Part shown: positions 9,082 to 19,418 of the stretch, in pieces
How the letters are laid out: each line of letters starts with the position of its first letter
Position numbering within the stretch: the stretch's first letter is position 1
Assembly (NCBI GenBank): GCA_963790475.1
Contig: CAWBOS010000012.1
Location: forward strand, 192,001 to 256,000
Direction of reading: 5' to 3'
Source of the DNA: an uncultured delta proteobacterium
Lineage (GTDB): Bacteria; Desulfobacterota; RBG-13-43-22
Length of the DNA: 64,000 nt
The notes under the pieces: model-generated
What the model saw: only the letters and a program-made list of their open reading frames with translations
Told to the model about the DNA's origin: nothing
Database searches by the model: none
Translations under genes and position numbers: made by a program

Positions 9082-10390
9082 TGCCATTTCAGGCAGGCAG
9101 ACGACTACCCGGCGAGAGGGCGAGCAAGATCGGCCACCTTGAGGTGCTGAAAAACCCGCTTGTCCAGAATCTCTGTAAGCAACTCATTGACATCCAGCCT
9201 GACCTTGCCATTCTTGGCGGTCTATGGCAGATATCTCAGATTGAAGAAAAACCTCTCTCCGTTGTCTTTAGCGTAGATGGTTCCTATCAAGTCATCACCA
9301 AAGAAACACCGCCTTACAGTGCTAGAGCCTTCATAAAGACAACTTACTACGCCTCGACCAGCATGCTTTGAATAGAATCGATCACGACGATCCACACCCT
9401 TTTGCTCTTCGAGACATTCTTAGCGATAGTGCCATGCATCACGCTACCGTTTTCCCCCTTCGTCACGTCGAAGTCGCCGGCAAAAATCTTTATGACGCAG
9501 TTCGCGAAATCATCTATATGTCCCTAAAGGAAGATGCTATCCTGGAGTCTCAACCCTATGAGACATTGAAGTGGATCGTTTATAAGAAATGGAATCCAGG
9601 ATTACTAAGCCATATTCCTGACTTTGAATGTCCCCACTGCCAGTGGGGACACGCCACGCTTCCTTATGATGCCGACACCGGCAATTGCCCCAAATGTGGC
9701 AAAGAGATATTGTTGACTGATATGCTAGGTTTCCATCAGGAAATGGCCCCAGATTCAGCTCCCGACACGGTTGCGTCCTCCTATATGGCGATTCATGAAA
9801 CATTAATGCTTTTCACTGGAATCCGGTACTTTTGGGAAGGAAATCGTAATATTCTCAGAAACTGTCTCTTCATTAAGGATGGCCCCTTGTCAATCCGCGC
9901 TCAGTACTCCAAACTTGTTGGCCCTATCCGCCAATTCATTGAATATGCCAGCGCTGCAGGATGCCCCATTCACATCATCGGCCAGGAGAAATCTGGCAGA
10001 TTCTGGGATCATCTATCGCTTATCCGGAATCACGCCCCCTACCCTGCCTATTTTATTCCCGATGATGCCTATATCAAGCAGTGCATCCAACACCGCCCGA
10101 ACCAAGGGTCTCCCTACGGTTTAGACACGAACTATGGCGCAAAGATCTTTCTTAAGCTCAATCCATATCATTCCATGGTCATCAACATCCCCACCGGACC
10201 TCACAAGCCGAATCCCACATGCGGGGACCTCATCGGCTTCGATCGTATATTATCAACTCTCCCGTCGCTTCTCAGCAACCGCTACGAAGGCGCCTTGGTG
10301 CCAGTCGAAATGGCCAACGGAGTAGCGTCACTCTCGACGTACCCATCAGCTAAAATACTCAATATGTTTGCAGAGCGAATGAACGATTGA
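9081..10390 (+). CDS. nurA: NurA-family nuclease with Zn-ribbon, frameshift near 9340
   Basis: Starts MPFQAG..LPGERASKIGHL; VDGS, IKDGPL, IIGQEKSG, PVE.AN..AS; frames join as AFIKT..LLRLDQHALNRID. Confidence 0.82.
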
Positions 10391-10733
10391 CTGCGATGCT
10401 GTCTCAGATAGATGATAAACGTAAAGAGTCTTATTCGATGCATTGATGCCATTACCGCAAGCGCGGGGCCTTAGAAGCCTCAATGAAGATGTTCGGGGAT
10501 TGAAGTATAATGGAGGGTGGGATCATCCGAATGGATTGAAGTCACGGAGTGATTTTATGTTCCAACTTGATGAAGAGAAAGCAGGACTGATTGACAAATA
10601 TTTAATTATATGATAACCATCATTGCCAAATAAAAATAATTCATCTAACTTTTTTTCTAAACGAAGTTATTTAATTTAATACATAAAAATAGGGATGTTA
10701 AACGGTAAAGATCTTCTTAGGTAGATAACATAT

Positions 10734-12046
10734 ATGAGAATCCGAGATGCGATTAGCGGAGATATTGTTCTTGACGATCTCCAGGAATACTGTGTTCGTC
10801 AACCTACCTTTCAACGACTGCATCGGATAAAGCAACTAGGCAACACCTTTCATGTCTATCCCACAGCGACGCACACCCGCTTTGAACACTCACTTGGCGT
10901 TTGTCATCAAATAAAGAGGTTACTATCTCAGCTAGATTTTTTTCCAAAAGATTATAAACTTCAACCTCCAGAATCTAATAAACTTATCGAATTGGCTGGC
11001 TTACTTCATGATATAATACACACTCCTTTTAAACACACATTGGATCGTGACTCAGGGGTTCTCCAGAACCAACCTTAAGGGATGAATATCTAAGCTGAGA
11101 TTTGACCAAATGCAACTTGAAAAAATCTTGTCAACTGATGACGTCAGAATTTCTCTTAAATATTTTATCAACTGAGAATTCATTCGACTTAGAAAAGCCG
11201 TATCTAAGACAAATCATCGAAGATACAATCTCTGCAGATCTTTTGGATTATAGCCGAAGAGATGCTTATTTTACCAGTGGCTGGGGCCGACAATGGGATG
11301 ACAGGTTATATGACCATATTGCCGTTGCGCTATGTAACTTTAAACCATGCCTTGTTGCAAGAATTTCATTTGCCAATGAAAAAGTAACCAGCGCGATAAC
11401 TGAACTGATAAATCTTTTTCAAATAAGGTATATGCTTAACGAACGCGTTTATTTTTACCCAACTAAAATTGCCGCTGACGCTTTATTGGTGAAAAGTGTA
11501 CGTTGTCTGATTAAAGATGAGGAACCTGAGATCTTTCAAAAAAAGATAAAGGATTTTTCGGACGAGGAATTAATTAATTTTCTCATCGCAAATACACCAC
11601 CAGAGATCCCAAATTATGCCCAATTATTAAAAGATCGTAATTTACCAGGCCTAGCGGAAAGTTTTGCTCTTTCAGATCTTCCACAGCCTCAAATAGAGAA
11701 TGTATCTTTGTGTTGTCGTGGCCATAATCGGCTAGTAGATTGGCAAAGATGTGAGGATGCAATTGCTGAAAAAGCTGGCGTCAGTTCTGACAAAATAATT
11801 GTTTATTGCCATGATATTGCGATGCAGAAGAAGAAACCTGATTTTTTAGTCCAAGCCAGTCGTGACTCTGAGCCATATCCTGTAGCAAAATATGAAGCTA
11901 TGATGGGTGAAATCGAAAATATCGCCAAAAAACACGAGAATCTTTGGCGTTGTTATGTCTTTTCCATGGACAGATCTCCAAATATAATTGACAAAGTGAA
12001 GCTATCGGCTAAAAACGTCCTTATGGCTCTTAAGCCAAACAAATAA
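10734..12046 (+). CDS. HD-domain phosphohydrolase (COG1078/SAMHD1-like), frameshifted near 11075-11120
   Basis: FQRL.RIKQLG....VYP.A.HTRFEHSLGV, AGLLHDI.H.PF.H, ADLLDY..RD, R......VY. Confidence 0.85.
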
Positions 12047-12076
12047 GGGAACTCTCTTGATAACGGGAGGTATCCA

Positions 12077-12523
12077 ATGGAAGTAAATATTCCTAGCTCA
12101 TTAACAACTATTCGATTTTTAGAGCTTACCCTTCTGGCCCTCGCAGCAGTCGGGGCTTGCGGGGCTGCTCTATTCACTTGGAGAGCCGCAAGAGCGACCG
12201 CCAAAGCTAATAGAGGACAAACAATACTAATGTGCTTGGATAAGTATATTTCCATAATGAGAGACAAAAGCGAAGCTATCAAAGCAAAAGAGGAACGGCT
12301 TGCTAAAGATTTTTATCGGGAATTATTTGACCTTCATTGGAGTGAATTTCATCTTTGGCACGAAGGAGCAATTCCAAATTCCGTAATGAGTCCCTGGATA
12401 AACAGTCAGGAGCAAAAAACTTTAATTAGGAATGATATAGAACGTAGGTCAAAGAAGGAAACAATATTCAAATTTCTTATGCAAGTAGTTGGAGCGAACT
12501 TAAAGGCGAGATATTTTCAATGA
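12077..12523 (+). CDS. Hypothetical protein with N-terminal TM helix (3' end may be frameshifted)
   Basis: RBS GGGAGG; hydrophobic LTLLALAAVGACGAALFTW followed by a helical domain. Confidence 0.6.
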   Translation: MEVNIPSSLTTIRFLELTLLALAAVGACGAALFTWRAARATAKANRGQTILMCLDKYISIMRDKSEAIKAKEERLAKDFYRELFDLHWSEFHLWHEGAIPNSVMSPWINSQEQKTLIRNDIERRSKKETIFKFLMQVVGANLKARYFQ

Positions 12524-12617
12524 AACTGATTTTTTGTTAATTTCACTGGACACAATCCATATTCGGAAGACATTGTGAATATAAGAAAACTTAAAAGAAA
12601 GACTAAAAGGAATAAAG

Positions 12618-14847
12618 ATGTATGATTACAAAATACATGCTGCACCGCTTTTTTATAGCCGATCAGAATTCGCAATGTGTCTCGAGTTAATTCATTACTT
12701 CTTGCAACTCCCCCTAATGTCGCACTATCACTTCTTGCTCACTAACCACGCAAGGCACATCTCTGCAAGAGCACAACAATCCTCCCAAACTGAATGTTCC
12801 AACAACACATCCATATTCAATTCCACTACACCCTGCCCATGCAAATATTGTGCATACTCAACTCACCCTATGTAGATTGAGCATATTGCTTGAAAATGGG
12901 ATATGCTTTTGTCATACAAACCTATTCTAACATATCAGAAGTGATTTGCTACATCCCTGAACATAATGGGGTCAATCTAATGATTGCTAAAGCTGTTCTC
13001 ATTAATGCTGTGGTTACCCACAAACCAAATCAAAGCTGGAATAAAAACTCCCCATTTATGATTATTATTAGATTAAAAACAAATCTTCCTTCACAAATTT
13101 TTTATTCTTCTTTTACTATTATTTTCGTTTTATAGAATTATTCTGAAGCATCTGATGGTGTTTCATAATGATGAAAAAGCTAAGATAAACAATTATCATT
13201 ATTTAGGTACATACCTTTCAGGATTAATACCTCTCAACTTTAGCACAATCATCAGCAGATTTCAAGCATGTTCCTCTTCACAACACAAAGTACAATATTT
13301 TCCAAGAAACATGAAGTTCATTGCTGGAACTCAACTTGCTAAATTATTGGGAAGAGCTTTACATCATTTCATCATCCATCTTCTATCAAATGCATAGAAT
13401 GAACGGAAAAAGCAATTCGGATCCTTGAAGAAGAATGGAATCATTTGAAAAATATTTTCCATTAATAATCAAAATTATCATGATATCTTGATCGAGGCCT
13501 TTGATCATATTCTCATGAATGCTCTATCAACATATGAGAAACGAAACAACCCCACCGTATATTCATTTTAAGACGACTTTCGATAATTTTATTCGAACCG
13601 GACGAGTTCACTGCGTAGAAGAGACAAGTAGGTGATTTGATAATTCATTTTAAGCTTGATCCCTTGCAGTCTGAAAAACTATCACACTTCTCAAAGTCAT
13701 AGATTTTTACAACTATATACATCCTATTATGTTGCCATCAAGCATCTATGCACCAGGCTTCCCTTTACTTGCCTATTTTCTTTTTGGATCGTTCTTTTGA
13801 GTATAACGGAAAGAAACGATGAACGAATTCAATGGGAGTGAGGGAAATTCGAAGTTGGAATGAGAAGGAAAGGGATAAGAATGATTGGAAATAAAACATA
13901 CTTTTTGTCTGAACATGTAATGTACGAAATGTTATCGATTATCTACCGATTTTGCAAAAAAATATTAATGGCTGTAGCGATTAAATTAATAGGATCTATT
14001 TTTTAATCAAATAAAATAAGGACAACATCATCATTGATTTTGAAATAGCGGGTCGTCTTATCCACTATATCCTCATCATATACAATCTTCGCTGATTTCT
14101 TTATCAAACGCTGCCGGGAGAAGAAGTTGGCGGTGCCAGAAAACAACCTGATAGGATATTTTTTTTATTAAGAACGAATTCCAATCTTTTAATGAATCGG
14201 AGTCACCTTCGTTTTATTACCTTAAATAAAAATATAGAAATTCCCCTTCTACAATTCGATATCACAAAAAGAAGACAGGGAACTACTTTGATTAACAATA
14301 TTCTTTAAAAAGTCATATGGAATATATACCCGCCCGACTTCTTCCTATTCATAACTGCCAATATGATAGGCATATCAAAACTTATGATCAACGAATTACT
14401 TTTAAAAAGATGCAGTTGAAGGAGTTTTCAACCTTCTGGATATGCTCCTTGTTTTATCCATTCATCATTATTAAAATCATCCATAGAGGGCTGTTTTTTC
14501 AAGTCTCTCTATACAATATTTCTATAACCAAAAATAAATAGTCACGTTTTCTCAAGGAGATAAAATATCTGTAAAAAGGGTACATTGGGAAGTAATAGGA
14601 TCCAACTGATGAATTAAAAGTAATGCTTCACTTCCAGCTCAACGAGTTGAACGGCTTACGTAATATAAATATTAAATATGATGCTCAGAGGACATTTCTG
14701 GTTAATAGAGTTATAGGTAAAGTAATAGAAGTTGATGATAGGAGTATTAAGATCAAGCTCCCTTCAAAGCACTTAGGCGCGGTGTTACTCATTGTGATTT
14801 CCTCAATAAAAAGAAAACCTCGAATTCTATGGGTGAATTTCGTCTAA
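12618..14847 (+). pseudogene. AT-rich, heavily disrupted coding region of unknown product
   Basis: Short protein-like fragments in alternating + frames, e.g. EKAIRILEEEWNHLKNIF, HDILIEAFDHILMNALS. Confidence 0.35.
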
Positions 14848-14848
14848 T

Positions 14849-15405
14849 TTAGGAGTACAGGCACGTAGCGATTAAATTGGGGGAAGGAAACTTCAAATTC
14901 ATATTTTGGATTATTTTCTCTGCTTTCCTTAAAATTTTCTCATCTACCTTAAAATTATTACCATCTTTTAATAGTAAAAGATTTATCTTGTCGATTCACT
15001 CCTTCGTGAATTGATCTTATTAATAGTGCAAACCTTCCTCATCACATCAATTAACCCAATGAAATTTACTTGAGTTATCTGGTACGTTACACTCTTCCAA
15101 TCTTATTGTAATTTTAAAAAATTATTATCTTCTAATTTTTCGACTTCCAAATATTTAGGGTGAGCTTATTTCTTTTTGTAGGAAATCCCTCTTTTATTGG
15201 GAAAATTAGATAGGCAAATAAGAGAAGTCAGATTGTTTAATTGCTTTCCAGATAACTGGCTCCCATAGTTCACCTGGAAGAATATCTTTTTGTTCATCCC
15301 AGGCTTAAAAGTATGGCTTTTTATTTAGCAAAAAGTCAATACAACCTCGACTCTGTCTATATCTTCGGAGGCATAACTTAGAAAGATCCTTATATTTTCA
15401 TCCAT
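14849..15405 (-). pseudogene. TIR-domain (TIR_2-like) protein with multiple frameshifts
   Basis: Manual translation: MDENIRIFLSYASEDIDRV...KDILPGELWEPVIWKAIKQSDF...QKEI...IRLEECNVPD...KFHWVN. Confidence 0.8.
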
Positions 15406-15458
15406 TTTATTAAACCGAGTGTTGCTGGCAAAGAAGGGAACCCGATAGTGATTTATTA

Positions 15459-16433
15459 TTATTTCACACTCTTTGTATTTTCAAACCTGAACTTACTGGC
15501 CTTTAAATATTCTTCTATACTTTCCATCGCAATCCATCGTCTATTCAAACTTTCAGCAGTAGCCCCGGTGGTGTTTGACCCGGCAAAAGGATCAAGCACC
15601 ACATCATATTCATCAGAAAGCAATTTGATAAAAAATTCAGGTAAAACAGCAGGAAATCTGGCAGGGTGGATCTTTATCCCGGCCTCTTTGCATTTGATGG
15701 TATAAGGGTCATTGGCTGCATTATTACCGAATCTGAGCAGGTCCGGGGCGGTTTCATCCTCAAAAAAGTTGGCGGGAATAGAGCCGCCGGCGTCAACCTT
15801 ATCAAAGGTTGATCTAATGTTGTGACCGGATGGACGGACGGTTGCGCGGACACCCCGTTGATTTAACCGCATCATGTCCTTGCTGTAAGGCTTCAGCACG
15901 TTCCGGTTATTTGCCTTTGGCCAGGGGGTTTTGGAAAACCACCAGACATACTCCACTGAATCTTTGATGCGAATCCGGCGTACCGTTACCCATTCGGCCG
16001 GCATGGGCATTTTGGCGGGGTTATACCAGAAACATTCCTGCGCCAAATGGAAGCCAACCTCTTCAACAAGGGCAATCAGCAGCTTGAAGTGGTATATGGA
16101 CCGGGTAGGCTCCCCCCGGTTATAGCTTCCTCCTATATTCAGAACAAAGCTTCCATCCTCCCGGAGTATCCTTAAAATCTCCTTTGCAAAGGGGATAAAC
16201 CATGATACATAATCAGATTTTGATACGTTTCCATACTCTTTTTTGAAGTGAAGGGCATAAGGAGGGGAAGTAATCACCATATTGATAGAACCGTCCGGAA
16301 TCCGCCTCATTATCTCTAAGGAATCGCCCCAATAGGCGGCCCCGAAATCGGTTGCATAATAGGGCTTGATATCTGCAATCAGTTCGCGGAAATTTTGCTT
16401 CCTAGCCAAATGATTGAAAATGGAAGTTTGCAT
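15459..16433 (-). CDS. Beta-class N4-cytosine/N6-adenine DNA methyltransferase (M.PvuII-like)
   Basis: [24 protein letters not shown]. Confidence 0.92.
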   Translation of the reverse strand: MQTSIFNHLARKQNFRELIADIKPYYATDFGAAYWGDSLEIMRRIPDGSINMVITSPPYALHFKKEYGNVSKSDYVSWFIPFAKEILRILREDGSFVLNIGGSYNRGEPTRSIYHFKLLIALVEEVGFHLAQECFWYNPAKMPMPAEWVTVRRIRIKDSVEYVWWFSKTPWPKANNRNVLKPYSKDMMRLNQRGVRATVRPSGHNIRSTFDKVDAGGSIPANFFEDETAPDLLRFGNNAANDPYTIKCKEAGIKIHPARFPAVLPEFFIKLLSDEYDVVLDPFAGSNTTGATAESLNRRWIAMESIEEYLKASKFRFENTKSVK

Positions 16434-16497
16434 ATGGTCCTCTTTATTTATATTAACACAAAAAACGACAAGATAAAAATATCATATTGGGTTTACA

Positions 16498-16716
16498 TTG
16501 TCAACCAATTTAATTCAAAAAAATATTGACCTCTCCCAGTGGGTATCACAGGCGGAGGCGGCCAGACTGAGGGGCGTTACACGTCAGGCGATTGCCAAGC
16601 TGTGTAGAAAAGGTAAATTAAAAACTCTGGAAATGGGGGATATTCGTTCGTCAACAAGCAGGAAATCCTTGAATTCAAGGATGGGCCGGCGGGCGTCCAA
16701 GAACAAAACATGGTGA
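16498..16716 (+). CDS. Small HTH DNA-binding protein (possible R-M controller), 3' frameshift
   Basis: WVSQAEAARLRGVTRQAI.KL...GKL; divergent from MTase, overlaps REase start. Confidence 0.7.
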   Translation: MSTNLIQKNIDLSQWVSQAEAARLRGVTRQAIAKLCRKGKLKTLEMGDIRSSTSRKSLNSRMGRRASKNKTW

Positions 16717-17396
16717 ATCTACAGGAAATCAAGCGATCTGATAAATGATTGCAGTGATGACCAATGTAGTGAATTACTGCAGTATATCAGGGCCAGGGTA
16801 ACATCCACCCCCTTGAGACAAAACTTGGATGCAAGGCCGAGATCATTCTTGAGGCCATTTCAAGAGCCAGCGACCTCACCTTAAGGGGTATACGTGGTAT
16901 TATTGCTGAAGCGGCCTTCAAAAAAGATGTACTTGAAAGCCTGGCAGGCTGGGAGGATATAAGTACGGAAGGCGATCAGCCCTATGATTTCATTATTCAA
17001 GACAGTATTGGCGCTATCAGAATTCAGGTCAAGATGCAGCGGCAGAAAAACCAACGCCCCATGACCGCAAAAGAAGGCTACAGAATTTTTTCGGCCGATA
17101 AATGGGTCGTTGAGACCCAAAAGACCAGGGGCGGATTAAAAAAGGGCGTAGATACAAGACCATACAGGTTTGATGAGTTTGACATCCTGGCCGTGTCCAT
17201 GCATCCCTCAACAGGAAAGTGGAGCGATTTCATGTATGTTCCATCCAGGTGGCTTTTGCCGAGGAGCGAAAAGGCAAACCTGATCATGAAGTTTCAGCCG
17301 GTGTCAAAACAGGCCGATGCAGATTGGACGGACAACATCCTAACGTGTATTAAACGGTATCGCAGCAATAAACGAAAAACCATTTCGGAGAAGTAA
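16710..17396 (+). CDS. Putative type II restriction endonuclease, PD-(D/E)xK fold, frameshifted near 5' end
   Basis: HPLE..LG..AE.IL.AI, RGIIAEAAF, PYDF, IRIQVK, VETQKTRGG, EFDILAV. Confidence 0.7.
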
Positions 17397-17599
17397 AAAT
17401 CGAAAAATGCTAAGACGGGACAGCCGGTCACTGGGGAAAAAATCTTTTACCTTTGCATTCTGCTCAGTTGATCCGAATTGACCGTATGGGTTGGACATGG
17501 GAGGGGTGGCTCTGGTGCAAAAGCAACTTCACATTTATCCCTATCCCAAATGATTTTGATTTGTACAACAGGTGATGGGAATGGGCTCGCAATCCCGTT

Positions 17600-17740
17600 C
17601 AATGGGCAATTTGGTCAGTTTTACAAATCTCCCTTGCCTGATTTCTTTCTCTCTGGCCTCACAATTTTATTGAGAAATTTTTCATCATGCTCCATTTCAT
17701 AGTCGAACCAATCCTCTTCGTCATGAAATCCAATGCAGGC
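17600..17740 (-). pseudogene. Phd/YefM antitoxin C-terminal remnant
   Basis: IGFHDEEDWFDYEMEHDEKFLNKI...EIRQGRFVKL. Confidence 0.6.
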
Positions 17741-17838
17741 AGAAATTAATTCGCACCATAATGGAAAATAAGAAACCAGTTTTAGAAGGAATTTATTGGG
17801 CCTGGCTTCATCCCTTTTGCTGCCTGATTGGGCGAGGC

Positions 17839-18130
17839 CTAAGCTGCCCTTTTCAAGCTGATCCGCATACCTGCCTTAGTTGCGAGCACAATGAGCATCT
17901 CCTGAGACTCGAATTTCTCCATTTCCCCCTTATTATGTCAAGCTGAGACACGAGATTGGCTGACTTCTAAAATTTTTGCCGCTTCAACCTGCGTCGAGCT
18001 TCTTGCTCTGGAGAAATTGACGAAGATCAGTCATTATCTCGGCAAACCCATTGAAGAATTGCGGCTTCTTCGGGAGGAATCCTGAAATCCGAAAGTAATT
18101 GCCGGAAGATTTAACAATTGACTTTTTCAT
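17839..18130 (-). pseudogene. XRE/HTH_37 (HigA-like) antitoxin, frameshifted
   Basis: MKKSIVKSSGN.F...PPEEAAIL...TQVEAAKILEVSQSRVS...EMLIVLATKAGMRISLKRAA. Confidence 0.75.
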
Positions 18131-18245
18131 ATCTAACCTCTTCCACATTGAACGGCATATAGTTCAAAGCCGGCAGCTCTGCGGGCTTCGTCGGAAAATT
18201 ATGAAGATCGTCCAGACTCGTGCCAACGAAGTTTAGGAGTTTCAT
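18131..18245 (-). pseudogene. RelE/Gp49-like (HigB) toxin, N-terminal remnant
   Basis: MKLLNFVGTSLDDLHNFP...RAAGFELYAVQCG, then the antitoxin RBS. Confidence 0.65.
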
Positions 18246-18446
18246 ATTTAATGATTATATTATATAAGTTTTTATATATTTGACAAGTAAAAATTGTCGT
18301 CAAAACAAAATTTGTGAGACAAGGGGACGATGTTCACGGGATTCAGTAACTTTTTTCTTTTTGGCACAGATGAGGAGACGCTGATGGTGAGACAACTCGA
18401 TTCAATCGTATAGCGGATTTTGATTACAGGCAAAAACTGACAGCCT

Positions 18447-18659
18447 TCTCTCGCCTGTTCCTTTGGTCACTCGAGGCCCTTAGAGTTCTCAGAGAGGGAC
18501 TTTATTCTTCAGGTAAATCGTTGAGTGGGCCGATTTACCGTGATCCCGCTGCCCTGCGGGGCAAATTCGCCGAATGGCGACAACTGGCTTTCATCGCCCG
18601 CCTCTCACCGGCAATGAAAAAATAAGTGCTTCTCCGTGTCCTCTGCGCGCTCTGTGAGA
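18447..18659. repeat. Palindromic element family A, copy 1
   Basis: CAGAG-rich terminal inverted repeats; hairpin loops TGAGTGG and CCTCTCA. Confidence 0.75.
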
Positions 18660-18744
18660 AACACAAGTTTTTGTCCAGCTTTTGTCTGTGTGGGTCTGTG
18701 GGGAAAAAGTATTTATAATAAACAGCTGAAGTATTACGATCGGT

Positions 18745-19418
18745 CTAATCTCCTGAGGGGTAAAAGAGACTTGCCGGCTTCAGCTTCTCCTGGAAGGAAG
18801 GCAACTTCCAGCATATCTTAGGTTCCACGAATAAGGCTTTATAGCCTTCCATATAAATATAAAACAATTTCGAACCGGGGGTATCCCCGGCGTTTCCCCA
18901 AAAAAGCATAAAATAAACCAGGACAGCAAAAATCATAAGAACCGAGACCGGGCCGGAGGTGAGTATTCGAATGACTCCATTTTTCTTCTTGTCACGCCAT
19001 CTCCAGAATAATTCGCCAAGGCAAAGAGACAAGAGCTGGAAGCACGAAAAGTCCTACCGGTGCCGGGCCGAGGGCGTAATAAAAGGATTCGCCCCAGGTA
19101 AAGAAGGCGCTGACCCGCCAGATTTCTTTTAAAGTCCAGGCCAGGGGCACTATTAAAGCCCAAAAAATTCTTTCTATGGTGGAAGCGCCCCGAACATACA
19201 GGAGGCTATAGACAATCAGGCTGCTGAAGATGAGGGTAAAACCCAGCATCGAGTAGAGGATGTCGGCCGCAGTCCGATAGACCTGACCGCTGCCAAACCA
19301 CTCCAGATGGCTGGTCAGAAAATTCAGCACCACCCAGACCCCCAGGGCGATTCCCACCGGTAAGAGCACCCTTCGGCTGAAGGGCTGTCTTTCCTTCTTC
19401 TCTGCTGATCTCAGCCAT
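18745..19418 (-). CDS. Integral membrane protein (frameshifted)
   Basis: Hydrophobic helices across ORFs 18992-19369 and 18745-19032; coupled to sulfatase stop. Confidence 0.6.
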
